64,000 nt of DNA from positions 9,300,001-9,364,000 of the forward strand of contig OZ024743.1 in the NCBI GenBank assembly GCA_964016885.1, given 5' to 3'. The notes under the pieces were generated by a model. The model was not told the origin of the DNA. It was given only the letters and a program-made list of their open reading frames with translations, and did no database searches. A program made the translations under genes and the position numbers. This stretch comes from Eledone cirrhosa (taxonomy: Eukaryota). The stretch's first letter is position 1. The number at the start of each line of letters is the position of its first letter. Of this stretch, positions 27,961-42,460 are shown one piece after another.

Positions 27961-28189
27961 CGATCCAGTACGAGAAGAGTACAGAAGAGATAACACAGAG
28001 TCTATAAACATATATGTTTGTTTCATTCTTGATGTTTTTGTAACCAAACCCGAGGCACTAAACTACCAAACGATTTCCCTGCCTTTATTAATCCTTAGAA
28101 ATAATTCTGAATCCAATGTTCTGTCTTTATTCACTGCATTCCCAAGGTATATGAAAGATTGAACAGTCTTAAGAAGAAAGATTCAATAA

Positions 28190-28268
<79 letters not shown>

Positions 28269-28525
28269 AAGGTATATATTGAGTTAGGAACTCAAAATAG
28301 TCTCTAACAACAAAATAGCTCTAAGAAATAACTCATAGCGAATGTTCTTCAAAATGCTTTTAATTAAACATACAATATATTGCCAAATATGCTATACATA
28401 CATTCATGTATACATCGCTATTTCAGAGCACCAATACTAATACATATATATGCTAACTCATCATTTCATATAAGTAAGCCGAATTTACTTGCAAACCGCC
28501 AGAGATTCGATTTTACTAAATCTCC

Positions 28526-28634
<109 letters not shown>

Positions 28635-28834
28635 GGAGGTGAGTTTTATTGTAGTACAATAAAGCAATGCAGATATGTTGATTTAAAACTGCACTATCCA
28701 CAAGTGTTTTTTAGCCTTCATATCATGTTCTCCTGTTTTATCTGATGAAAACACAAATATTATTGCATGATGATGTTTGTTTTTGAAATGCGCATAATAA
28801 AATACATTGAACTCCTTTAACCATCTTTTGATCT

Positions 28835-28939
<105 letters not shown>

Positions 28940-29269
28940 AACATCTGTTTAAAGTTGTTTGGGACCAAACACTTGAATCCTAATCTTATGTTGAAATTAG
29001 CTGCTTACTTGGCATCAGCAGTGGGACACAATATAAAGGAAGAAAGACATCGATAAAGGACTGGAAAAGAGTTACTAAATACAGTACCATTTCTGTTTTA
29101 TATTGATTATTCTACGAGCAACGAAATATGTATTAAACTATCTTGGTCATATAAGACTATGCTTTAAGACTCCATATATCTTTTTAATCACAACTTACTT
29201 CATTTCATACATGTTTCTGTTGCATTGGTTGAAGTTCAAAGCTTTAAAACATAACAACATGCTTGTGAG

Positions 29270-31700
29270 AAGCCCATTGTTAGATAATTATATTTCAGTT
29301 ATGGACGAGTCCGGTTTCACATGTGACCTTAATAGGATATGATTTACAATGAATCTAAATTAGAATTTTATCTTACTATATTTCGGACCAGACATTTCTC
29401 TTTTTCATAGTTTGTTCAGAGACTCAGTTACTATGTAATATATGTTGTGCCAATAGAATTGCTTTAGACTTTATTCTCAAACATGTTATTCATCGATTTC
29501 GTATTTATTAAACTTGTGGCTATTTTGCGGTGAACATGAAAAGATTTTTTTTCAGAATGTGAAAATTATGTTCGAAGATGAAAATATATTACAGTTTAGT
29601 TTCATATTAATGGGTTTGATACATCTGTTTATGTTTAGTTTCTAATGTTTAGTTTCTAAAGCTACATCTAAGTGTTTATATATTCTTGTAGGCAACAGGA
29701 AATCTTTACAAATCGGAAAGGTTTTGTATCGATAGCTTATTTAAACATAAAATTTTATTAGAGGTAGTAAAATTTCAGACTATTTAATATCTGAGTATAG
29801 GAGCCTTGAACTACCATGAAAGTGAGTGCAATATCTTCACCATTTTCAGTTTAAATATAGTTAAAATAAAGTCTTCTAAAGAATGAACACCCTATATTTT
29901 GCATAGAAAATTAAGGCAATTGAAAGAAATTCAACTGGAAAAGATATATAATAGTTTATTTACGTATTTTAAACAATGTTGTAAAATTTGATACTGGTTG
30001 GCTTATCACACAAAAAGAAAATGGGTTATATAAACAGAAGTAACATTTTATGAAAAAATATTTTTATAAATTCATATTTTTTTCAGTTGTTTCATAAGTG
30101 GCTTACTGTAGAATATAACGTCCATTATTAGTTCAATCGGTTTCAAAAGACTGAGCGTAAGGATTTTAATTTAATGTTCGTTCTCCCTCATGGTTTGTCT
30201 TTTGTCACTGTTTAACTATTGAATCATGTAATCGATCGACTTGTCATACAAAAGATATATGGTCGTTAACAGAGGGAAAACAAAGAGAATAAATTGCCTC
30301 CTATTTAATGCGAATGCTGGAAACATTTAGGCCGCCTTTTATTGTTGAAACCAAGCAACAAATGAGAAACGGCATCTCAAATGAACCAAAAGGGCGGATA
30401 TATAAAATACTTGAAAGAAAATATGCTTTATTTTCAGCGAATCAATGCAGCGATAAAAACTAAATTTTATCTAAAACAATCGATGCATCAAATGTATAAA
30501 ATATTAGAAGAACAAGGAGAGAATGATTTTCTGTTTACAATGCTAACACATACACTTTGCTTCTCGTCTAGTGAAAGGCCAGTTTATTCTAATGTATGAA
30601 TTATAACGCATTATATACTAAAAAATGAGTTGTTCTCTTTTATAATGAATAGTTTGATGTATTTGATAAAATGTCCATGGATTATGGAAAAATTTACCAA
30701 ATCGATAAATAAAAATGCATCAAGAAAGATGGCAAAAATTTAGTTGTAGTTGTAGGAATTATAATTTGGTAATATATTTATATTTATATTTAATTGATAC
30801 ACTTCTGCGAGCCAGTTCTCTACATTATGATTGATTAATAAATATTTAGAAGCATAATTTACAATGTAATATGAGAAATATAATGACTTTACAAGTAGCC
30901 CGAGGGGAAAAGTTCTGTGTGAAATATTTTCCATTTATTTTATCCATAAACACGGGTAGCTGCTGATTGATTTGACCCAGTATATGTCATCTAGTACAAA
31001 TAAATAAACTGGTAAACGAATAAGTTGATCGTGTCGACTAGAGCTAAATTTTGCACGACGTCTTTGCTGTTGATCCGTTGTTTTTGTCAACTCATTGTTA
31101 AATGGTGTGAAAATAGGCTTTAAGGCAGATGACGTTTTGAATGTAGCTTAATAAAATATCATAATATCACAATAATCCACTAAAGATACATGGAAATGGT
31201 TTTCCGCTGTTTTCATTAGCTTGCTTGAATTGTAATAATATTTAGAAGGGTGAGAGAAAACGAGATTTTCCACCACAGAATGAAATGGAAGATCTGCCTT
31301 GTTCACATAAACGCTACTGTTAGATTAAAAACAACATAGCGTACTGAATCATATAAGAGGAAAAAGCGAATACCATGTTTGCTGCTATTATTTCAACTCC
31401 TTTGATTAAAAATGCTAACTAGAAAACTGTGTATAAAATATGTTATATAATATGGCAAGAAGGGAACCATATCAATGTTTTCTAAACTTAGACGTAATTG
31501 TCGTAATGGTAAAAGGAAATTAGATAATGTCCTATATGCACATTGCCTAAAAAGTATATTTTGTCACAGTTTGATCGCTTTTAATCATACATCTGCTAAT
31601 ATAGTAATAGACTCACTATGTCTGGAACAAAACAGGATGTGGATGGATAGTGAGGCATATATATTTTTCGTACAATCTTGCAAGATGGAGAGGCTTGAAG
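29270..31700 (+). mobile_element. Decayed pogo/Tigger-like DDE transposase remnants (probably more than one copy)
   Basis: VMDESGF (~29300; cf. NMDETG), NANAG..PP-like (~30305), MWMDSEAYIFF (~31637; cf. GWMxxExF). Confidence 0.4.
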
Positions 31701-31856
31701 ATCTTTGCGCACAACATAATAAATAGAATTTTTAACTATACAAAATATTTGTTTTATAGGATTCTTTTAGGCTTTTGTATCTATCTATAGATACATACAT
31801 ATATAATACACACACATACACACACACACACACATACACACACATATATATATATT

Positions 31857-32240
31857 GACTTGACCTCATTTCATCCCCATGTATTCTTTTCCTTCAAAAC
31901 ATAAGTCTACATTCCTCCACTCCTAGATTTAATTTTCTACTAATATTATTCTATCAACTTGACCTCTAACTCCTTTTTCATTGGTAAATTCAAAACCTGT
32001 TCTCAAACAGACTTTTTATATTAATTCTTTGTTCAATAAACACATCTCATCATTTCTGAGGACGGCATGTATATGTGAAGGTATGCATATTTCCTCTGAT
32101 AATTTGTAATATTTTTACATAGATCTTAAACATTATATACATACCAACACACATATACATCCCAGAAACGATCGTAAAATGATGAATTTTTTAATATAAG
32201 GAACTTGTTCTTTGTTTTTATTTCATTGTTTTTATTAATT
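31857..32240 (+). mobile_element. PLE-like 3' remnant, same family as 85-1020
   Basis: Colinear with ~487-890; TA-flanked. Confidence 0.7.
32047..32185 (+). ncRNA. Type I hammerhead ribozyme motif with long stem II
   Basis: tcatcattt-CTGAGGA(32056-32062)-cggcatgtatatgtg..cacatatacatccca-GAAAC(32165-32169)-gatc-GTA-aaatgatga. Perfect 9 bp stem I. Confidence 0.85.
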
Positions 32241-32270
32241 TATATATATATATATATATATATTCGTAGA

Positions 32271-32450
32271 ATAATTGTTTCTACTTCTGGCACAAGGCCA
32301 GCAATTATCTCAGTGTATTTCTGGTACTTTATTTTATCGACCCCGTAAGGATGAAAGGCAAAGTTAACCTCGTCGGGATTTGAACTCAGACCATAAACTC
32401 TTTGCTGCAAAGCATGGCGTCCGACCTTCTATCGATACTGCCAATCCACC
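32271..32450 (-). mobile_element. SINE (dominant family)
   Basis: Reverse complement of the consensus seen at 20321. Confidence 0.9.
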
Positions 32451-32642
32451 AATGAGAAGAATTCAGCGCAAAGAAGCTGTTAAAACAGCAAAATGCCGTC
32501 AATGACAGCGTTGGGTAAAATTTACGTCAAAGGACAGAAATCAGCGGCTAGAAGTGTGTTGGACTACAGAAGTGATAGGAAGAAAGGAGAAAGGAAAGAA
32601 ATTTGACAAGAAATGTGTATATATATATATATATATATGTGT

Positions 32643-32751
<109 letters not shown>

Positions 32752-35268
32752 TGAGTCGGTGGTCTAACTAGTTTAGTCCTAGTATATATATATCACACGC
32801 TCGCACATAAACCACATACAAACACACAGACACAGACGAACATGGACATACAAAAAATATCGACGTGGTGACTAATCAATAGTAGTTATGCAACTCAATA
32901 CTATTAACCTCGAAATAGCACATCTATTCTATTGTCTATCCCCAGAGGCTAATTGTCAGGAGTTGCTTAACTGCTATCCATTAGTCAACACATCGATAAA
33001 GTGTGTTTTTTTCTTTGAACTCCAAAACGATCGCAAAACTATGGATATAGATATCTACTACTCATAACGGTACATCTCTTTTGTATAGCAGAACTATAAT
33101 ACATCAACTTTATACTTCTGCAATGCAAGAGAAATAAAGACTTTTCGTTATACCTTAATGGCAGCCAGTTTTCCATTTTCCAAGGTCAGCAAAAGAAATA
33201 TGAGGTATAGTCACAGATTTAAGACTGTACTTCAGTGTGTCCTTATATCTGAGTAATAGTCTACCTACTTTACGAGTACCATTATGAAGTTGACTGAATA
33301 GAAGTACCTTGGTTGAGCGGTCCCCAGTCATCCGTAGGGTATCACCAAACCATCAATATCGGGATTGCATAAAAAATGAATCACACCGATGTTGCACTAC
33401 TATAGATTTGCTTAAATGCTGACCCTCTACAAAGATAACATAAGATACGCATTGTTTTATTGTAAGTTTTTTGTTTCACTGGAACTGCTGCACGTACAAA
33501 TATTCTAAACGTTTGCCAATTTGCTGTCAAAGATTTCTTTTACCAACTCGTTATAACCTAGAGATGTGTTGTTTTCCCTTTTGTATTCTTTTACCGTGAA
33601 TACAATGGCTTCTCCTTGCAACTTTTAATCTGTACATCACCTAACACTGCGTATTTTTTTCTTTTCGTCATATCGACAATATATCACCTCAAAAATACTG
33701 CACCATGCACTTTTACAAACGTTTCCTATCAGAAAAACACAACAACAAACAAAACACATGCGCACATATTTCGCCTTACAGAAGTTCAATATGATCATCA
33801 ACTGCAATATCGAAGCACCATCAACACTGCCTCTCCCAACCCCACTAAGTAATTAAAACAGCGAACCATCGATACTCCTGAGATATGAAATGGTGACTCT
33901 TCGGCTGATAGTTTGACATCTGCCCTGTGTACTGTAATGTGACTAATGTATTTTCGCTTCGATATTACATATGTTATTATAATAGTATCATATTCGCACA
34001 TATTATATAGAAACCCGATGGGATAATTTATACATTCATATAATATGGCAGTGAACCTGACAGTACTGAACCGGTTCCATGATATGCATCATCAGAATAA
34101 TAATTAGATTTATTTTACTAACCAGACATAAGGATCTCTATATGTGCTGATATAGGGCATACATTGACGTTTAGAACGTTCCCAAAGGAATTGTTGTGAT
34201 AATTGAAATTGTTTCAACCGAATGTGAGAATATATCTAAATAAAAATCAATGGCAAAAGTAAGTTGTTACATATTTTTACGTTCATTCCATGGTCAACTC
34301 AACCTTTTTCAAACATTGTCTATCTAGGATCACATTTATTCAATGTGATAATCCTTTTTATAAACGTTATTCTCCTTCATTACCTTTAGTCATTGGACTG
34401 TAGTCATGTTAGGATACAATCGTCAAAAATTTAGTCGGGCATATGGATCATAATCTTTGGATTTTTTCGATCTCTATAATTCAAACTACTAGGTAACTGG
34501 GCATAGAAGGAAACAACACAAAGGACACCGTTGTAAGACATTTACTAACAACAGTTAGGGACGTGAGTAAACACAAACTTACACACGCGTGCTCTTATAT
34601 GTATGTATATATATAAACACACAGATACACATACATATATATATACTCACATATATACTCACATATATATACTCGCATATCTATATATACACACATATAT
34701 ATACTCAAAATGGAACACATGTATACTTGTATCGGTGTTCATCCTTCTCATATATTCAATTATATTAAACGGCTCGGAAAGATTCCCATCTTTGAGCTAT
34801 TTAATTGTAAAAGACTATTTTGAGTTTCTAACTCAATCTATGATATTCTCGGCTCCATATGTAGAGCTAACTTTAGTCTCATAAACCCGACTGCTATTTT
34901 TAGTGGCATGAGTATGAGACGCGCTAGGTGCTGTAACGTGCTTTTATATCAGCATATCGTTCAGTCTTCTTATATCGTTTGGAGTGAAAAGTACGAATTT
35001 CCTGGATACCCGCAGATGAGCACAGGAATTCTGGCTTTCACTTAATAATTCTTGCGAAACAGATTTAGATCTGTCCGGGTATCAAAGGCAGTTGCCCGAT
35101 ATAGGTTTGCTATTTTTATTGATTTATTACTTTAAATCGAGACAGGCAAACCATATTGTTTTAAATTAGTATTTTTACAACCAAGCTAACTTGGTCATTT
35201 GCAATTGGAACACATGTATACTTGTTCATCCCTCTCATATATTCAATTATATATATATATAAATATAA

Positions 35269-35406
35269 AGGCGCGTGGCTGAGTGGTAATAGAATTGAAC
35301 TCTCAATCATGATGTTGTGAGTTCGATTCCTTGACAGGACGATGCGTTATATCCTTGGGCAAGACACTTTATTTCACGTTGCTCCTTCTACCTGGAGTTG
35401 CGACCG
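35269..35406 (+). mobile_element. tRNA-derived SINE head (second family)
   Basis: ggcgcgtggctgagtgg (A box)..gagttcgattcc (B box)..tccttgggcaagacactttatttcacgttgctcc. Confidence 0.75.
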
Positions 35407-35509
35407 ATAGAAAGTATTAGCAATTGGAAAGACCAATGGAAACATTGTTTCCTCGGTCTGATTTGACGAAAGTCAATCAACTGTCATATATATATATATA
35501 TATATATAT

Positions 35510-35632
35510 AACGAAGGAAGTGTGGTAAGGAACCAGGTGGACCATTACGCACCAGAGTACTCGATACTTAGGGTAGTAGAGTGGGTAATAAGAAAAGAGT
35601 GAGGATCCCGAAGGCTGAGCTCCGGCCGTTTA
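35510..35632 (-). mobile_element. PLE-like 3' tail, family of 3768/23890/53290
   Basis: Reverse complement of the shared tail; TA-flanked. Confidence 0.6.
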
Positions 35633-38005
35633 CATATATATATATATGACCAGGGAGACCATTAATCATTGGAGTATTCAATGCATGGGAAGATGCTGAG
35701 TGGGTATAGAGATATGTATTCGACATGGTGGAATTCACTAGCTCTGTCTTCTTCGTGTGTATGCCACCGCAATAAAAGCAGTTGGCCATACTGATGCGAA
35801 GTTCAAACGAGGCGGAAAAATAGAAGTAATTCACTCGCCTCTTCAAAGAAAGCATAGAAATTTAAATTTGAATTAAATTTGAAATCCAAATTCAAATTGC
35901 GGGAGTAAATATATTAATATTTTGGCGACAACACGATACTACGACGTGCTTCTGCAATACCGTGTCAGATACTGTCATACTCAATGCCCCTCCCAATGTT
36001 ATAGAGATAAATGGGGAAAATCTAATTATCTATTATCTAACTGTTTCAGTATTCCAAATAACATCCATATGCTATCCGTTAAGTCTAGGCTATAATGGAA
36101 AACATTTGTAAAAAGTACTGTATAGTGGAATCGAACTCGGAGTCACATGGTTGCGAAGTTCATGAGTATAACCATACAGCTCCATATTCGTCTATTGGAG
36201 TGGGAATTAATGATCATTGTACTGCTATTTTTAGCATGTGCGGTGACCAGGTATGCTCGTAATGTTTGCTGTTGAATCTGTCTGTGTATTAGTTGAAAAT
36301 AACTAAAATAGTTAGATGGGGGTAACAGTAATGAAGATTATATACTAGATAAAGACTACAAGGAATAATAAAGTACCAGCTAATATAATGGAAATCACTT
36401 GACACTTGAGGTTGATATTTAAAGGTATAAAGTACGTGACTTAACTGAATTTCTTATAATGAAAGGCTATGACAAATGTTAACAAAATAGTTCGGTATTA
36501 TTCCAAAAGTAAGTGTATCATTAATCAGTTCAATTTGCAAGTGAATGTCAAATATCTGTCGTCCATGATGTATTACTGAACTGGATGGACATTTTCTTGC
36601 AATTCGGGTCATTATTCGCTTTCAGAACATTAGTTAAACAGCATTTTCCTGCTTTTGATGTTTACATTGAAATGCACTTATAGAAATAAACAGAAATATA
36701 ATCGAACTTGATAGGAAGCTTCTATGTAACAAAAATCCCATCAAATTATATTAAAAATAACGGAGGAGTGTTCACGTCGAGAATTTCAGTCGATCGATGG
36801 AAAACAAACAGAACAACAGTATGTATATGGAAACGATGCAACAGAGAACATCAACTTTGCACAACACAATTATAATATGTAAAGATTTACGGGTTTTCCA
36901 GTACAAAATGTTCCTATATAAACAAAATTAAATAAACACACAAAAAATTCATTTCAAGAAAGTCTAGCTCTCCATAAAACGTAATGCAAGTAATCGGAAG
37001 TATCTCCATTAAATTGCTGTCATATTTCTTAGCGAAAACCTCTGATAGAGTATCAAAACTTGATTACATAACCAACAAAATAGAGAGCAGTGACACAAGT
37101 AGCCAAAGTACAACACATAACGATAACGAAAAGTTATATGTACTGAGATATAATATCAAATGTCTAAAACGCCTTTATAACTCACAAGAACGTTGTTATA
37201 ACACAATATACTGGAACTGTAATATCGACAATGCATCAATACCAACACAACCCCTCATATAACATGCATTATACCCTGATAATGTAGGACTGGTAAAAAT
37301 TTAGTGGATGTCTTATAATATGCATAAAATCACTCGAAGAGTACAAAAGTACCTTATATAACATAGTAAACTTAATAGGGTGAAGACAACTCACTACAAA
37401 TACAAACTTCAAATTTAGGAAAAGGAATATGAAACATAGCACACCCCATGTACAGCAAATTCATACACTCCACAAGCTTTAAGCCAGACGTGAAAGTGTA
37501 CAACAATTCAATAGAGCTAACATAATATCATGACTAGATTGGCTTTATACATTAAACATTCCACAAGCCCATTGAGACTGCTACAAAATCATACATCAAT
37601 TAAATAAAAAATCCAGAAACTCACTAGAAACTAAGTTGAATCACTGCCGACAAGTGAATGAATTTCAATTCACAATATTAGATAACAAAGTCATAGTCAA
37701 GCATAGTACGGAATAATCATAAAAGCTGTAACATTAAGGTGACGTAAAGAGACATGATCCAAATTACACAAATAAAATGACCATCCTGATAAAGACTAGC
37801 GACAAGTTGAGACATAAGAGAAACTTCATACACAACAAAGAAGAACGCAGTATGAATCAACTAAACAATAAAATATAGAAAATAGAAAAGTCAAATGTTA
37901 GTAAACATACACAACAAAACAACCACTATAACACGGTAGGAAATAATTATCAGTATCAAAATTACTAATACTAGCAGAAAAACCACTCTTTGGGTGGTTT
38001 TCTGC

Positions 38006-38540
38006 TAGCATGTGTAGTGTGCATATTGATATTATTATTATTATTATTGATATTATTATTATTATTAGCATGTGTAGTGTGCATATTGATATTATTATTA
38101 TTATTATTGATATTATTATTATTATTAGCATGTGTAGTGTGCATATTGATATTATTATTATTATTATTGATATTATTATTATTATTAGCATGTGTAGTGC
38201 GCATATTGATATTATTATTATTATTATTGATATTATTATTATTATTAGCATGTGTAGTGTGCATATTGATATTATTATTATTATTATTGATATTATTATT
38301 ATTATTAGCATGTGTAGTGCGCATATTGATATTATTATTATTATTATTGATATTATTATTATTATTAGCATGTGTAGTGCGCATATTGATATTATTATTA
38401 TTATTATTGATATTATTATTATTATTAGCATGTGTAGTGCGCATATTGATATTATTATTATTATTATTGATATTATTATTATTATTATTGATATTATTAT
38501 TATTATTATTAGCATGTGCAGTGCGCATATTGATATTATA
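38006..38540. repeat. Minisatellite, 60 bp unit x ~9
   Basis: tagcatgtgtagtg(t/c)gcatattgat(att)n gat(att)n at 38006, 38066 ... 38426, 38510. Confidence 0.95.
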
Positions 38541-40042
38541 CGCAAATATACATGCATGTAGATATAATACATCAAAATACACAGAAATTGAACGAAGACT
38601 GCGTTACACTGTCTTATGTAATCAGTAACGTAATCCATGATACATTAAAAAAATACGATATTATATATAAACTGCATTAGGAGAAAATTAGTGACGGAAA
38701 TATATGAATGTTTATTTTAAGCGATCACTAACCGGAAGTGCTGACATTTGAAAATTTTAAAGAAGTGAATCTTTAAATAAGCAATAAAATATATTTAATC
38801 AAAAGCTACGAAATTTAGCAGATAAATGATGTAATATTCATTCATTATTTATTCAAAGTAATCCAACTTATTTTACAAACGGGATAAAAAAATATATTCT
38901 GGATGCAGTCCCGCACTCCTTTATTATAGTTAAGATTGAATCCATCGTATCAAATGTCAAAACCAAAATTTTAAGTAACTACTACACTCCAATAGGAAGC
39001 AAACCAGCTATATAACATTTTTCCAAAATCAGTCACGAACGATAACCGAGGAAGACGGAAACTTAGCTCTGGTATTGATCCCTTTCTACTATCTGATACA
39101 ATAAAATTAGTAAAGAAATTCAAAGATAAAAACGGCCGTAGATTTCTGTAAAATTACTAACATATACACACTAGGTAAAAGTCGAAAAGAATTAGTAAAT
39201 TTTTCAATCTTTCTACATTTCATACGTACTCTGCGAAATACAATGAATTCGGTAAATCGTAGAAAAGTTACGAAAAATTGAAAATCAAACAAAACGTCAA
39301 TTAAGAGAGCATCATACAAATCGATCGTCTTTCTATTGACATCCCAAAATATCATAAAAATGTATCATATTCCTCTTTCAAACTTGAAACATGGATTCAG
39401 ACGACTGCTTTCAAACACCAAAAGTTTACAGAATCAAATCTAGTAGGAAGTCGAAATCGATCTTCTCGAAATAGCCACAAACCTCCATCAATTCATATGT
39501 TGCTATGGTTGCGATGGAAACATCATTGATCATAGCTTTGTTCGATTAGAGCTGGCGTGGGAATAATCAACCATGACAACAACTGCAACAGAGCAGATAG
39601 AACCCTATCTTTACATACATTACACTATCTTTGCATGCACTAGTCTAACTGTCGTCGATATAATTAAATCCTTTGACTCCAGTTCCATATATACTAAATA
39701 TTTACAAAAGAACAAATAAAACCGATGCTCATGTAACTACCCTTTTTGTCACCAAGACAATGTAATGTACATTAACAAAATATGTACAGTTTGAAACTTC
39801 TCTGTCACATCCAACCATCATTCCCCAGACGCCCACATAACTTTACATGTAGCTACCGCTCAGAAAGTTGCTTCAAACATATAGTCAAACAGTTGAACCA
39901 AGTTGAGTTACTTTCACTCTTCTTAAGAGAAACGCAAAGCTAATTAAATTCAACCAATTAATCATTGCACTCAACAGCAATAACCGAACAAACAATGGAA
40001 CGTCTATGAGACAGCTAGACCTGATAGAAATAAACTTTATTA

Positions 40043-40247
40043 GCGGATTGGCAGTATCGGTAGAGCGTCAGACACCGTGCTTTGTGGAATAGAGTTATAG
40101 CCCTTTACATTCTGAGTTCAAATCCCGCCGAGGTTATCTTTCCCTTTCATCCTTACGAGATCAATACAATAAAGTACCAGTAATGCACTGGTGTCGTTTC
40201 AATCGACTTTCCCCTCTCCTCAAATTGCCTATAGTAGAAATCATTAT
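40043..40247 (+). mobile_element. SINE (dominant family, long form)
   Basis: Matches consensus including the gtcg..aatcgact hairpin segment. Confidence 0.9.
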
Positions 40248-42199
40248 GTTACAAAACGACACATTGGGTGATATAATCCTCGGTACCCAAATCTGAAAAT
40301 AGAATGTATTCGTCCTCCAATCGCCCTAACAGAACGTGAAAGATTTTGTATGGTCAGAGACTACCATAACGAAATGATAATCCGCCAAATGAGTTTGCAG
40401 CTGTAGATATCTCACATTTTAGTGGTCACCATTAAATGAACACCCACCTTAAAACAAACAGATACATTTACATCGCATGAAACCAGTAATAACTATTTTA
40501 ATAATTATCCCTTCTAATCAGCCAAGGAAAAAACAAAATAAACAAAACAAAAAAAAAAAAACAATAGCAGCATCAATGGTCAAATTACTTCAAATTTTGA
40601 AACACATAAGTACAGAATTAAAACAACTCTGCTATTCTAGCCTAGACCATATTGCCTGTTTCTGTTGTGGCTACAACCTACTATTGAAACACAGAGTGGA
40701 TATGAGAATAGTAAAGGAATATGCATGGGTTGACACGATAAATTCCAACCGATAAAGCACATGTCAAAGTGCACAGCATGGTTCTCAACAAGATAAGGAC
40801 ATGCTATATAAGGACCAATCAGTTTCACAGTGCCAGTTTCCGACTGCCAATGTGCATTAATTCTGCTCAATCACAGTAATTCCAGTATCACAGCAAAACA
40901 AGAATGATAACGTGTAATATTGAATTTATAATGCTTATATATTTAAGACTGATAAATTGTCTGAGGTGGTAACAGAGGTTGAAAATGTACCAGGCATTTG
41001 ATTGATGAAGTATATTCCAGATTTCTGTATCGTGCAAATGTAATTTATTTAAGATTATTTATTATCTATCCAAATTTCACGCTACATCCAATAATCGTAA
41101 CCTCACAGTTTTCACATACAATCATATTTAATTAAATCTCTCCAGTACATCACTGGCACTTTTTTACTCCGGAAAAACAAGGATATACGCTCAAAGCAAA
41201 ATAATATACCTAAATACTGTAAATTAGTTTGTTCAACGATAGACCATTTTTAACAATCAAGAGCTACAAATAGAACTACAACGGATTTGGACATTTATTA
41301 TTGGTAAGGCATTTCTTAGACACCATTGTCATTTTTATGCTTTACTATAGCAATTCTATATTAATAGTACATGAATTGATAGACTTATTGTTTTTCTTTG
41401 TCAGTCTAGATGTGTCTGACGTTTTGTGATCAATAGGTGATCGGTTTCATTGCCTTTATTGACTGAGCAATGTTTGTAGCGTAAGAAAAGTCAAAGAGAT
41501 ACAATAAGTAATCAAAATCGAATTGGTTCACCATGCGTTATATCTCTTGCATCTCAGCAGTGTCATGATATCAATAATGACAACATTAAGAGAAATTAAT
41601 AATCACATCACTGCCAATTACTACCTCCATATGGCAACTCAACCTATAACAAATAGCTGGTAAATCTCCCTTAAATCACACTCCTCCGTCCTAAATGAAT
41701 AAATAAAACATATACGGTAAGCCTACATATATCTTAAAAGATTTGATGATCATGTTTGGAATACCTTTGATCATAGTTCTGCTAGATCAAATTTGACCAA
41801 ATAGTTAAACAACGATTTTTAAACACTGAATACGTGTGATACTATGATATTTTGTTTTTCCTCAATGAATTGTATTAGGAAGTTGAGAGTCGAAACCAAG
41901 ACATTCATAGTAGCAAACTTATCATGCCAGGCTTAATTACGGCAGTAACACTAAATGTCTCATTGTTATTCCGCTATTCGTGTATCTCCCTGGCTGATGT
42001 CACTGATAAGTTTGATCATGAAGATGTGTTCATCTCAATGTTACAGGCTAATGTAATGATTGTGATAGACTCAATAGATCCTTACATGGTGTATAGTCCT
42101 ATCTTTCTAGAAGCTATTCACTGCTAGTATCTTTGCAAGTGATAAAATGTGGCATCACAGAGGGCATATAGACTGAGATACTAGATCAGTTGTGTTTTT

Positions 42200-42460
<261 letters not shown>

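Noticed and set aside
34063-34100. Minus-strand CTGATGA..GGAAC cg GTT HHR candidate
   Set aside because: GAAA is mutated and there is no stem I; at best a decayed copy.
35269-35345. tRNA gene
   Set aside because: A and B boxes are present, but there is no complete cloverleaf and it continues into a SINE body.
38006-38540. CRISPR-like regular array; 183-246 aa ORFs
   Set aside because: The intervening sequences are identical (att)n, not unique spacers. No cas genes; eukaryotic context. The ORFs are repeat translations.
36780-41300. Probable ancient plus-strand LINE (HGFRRLLS at ~39390)
   Set aside because: A single weak motif; boundaries and clade could not be supported.
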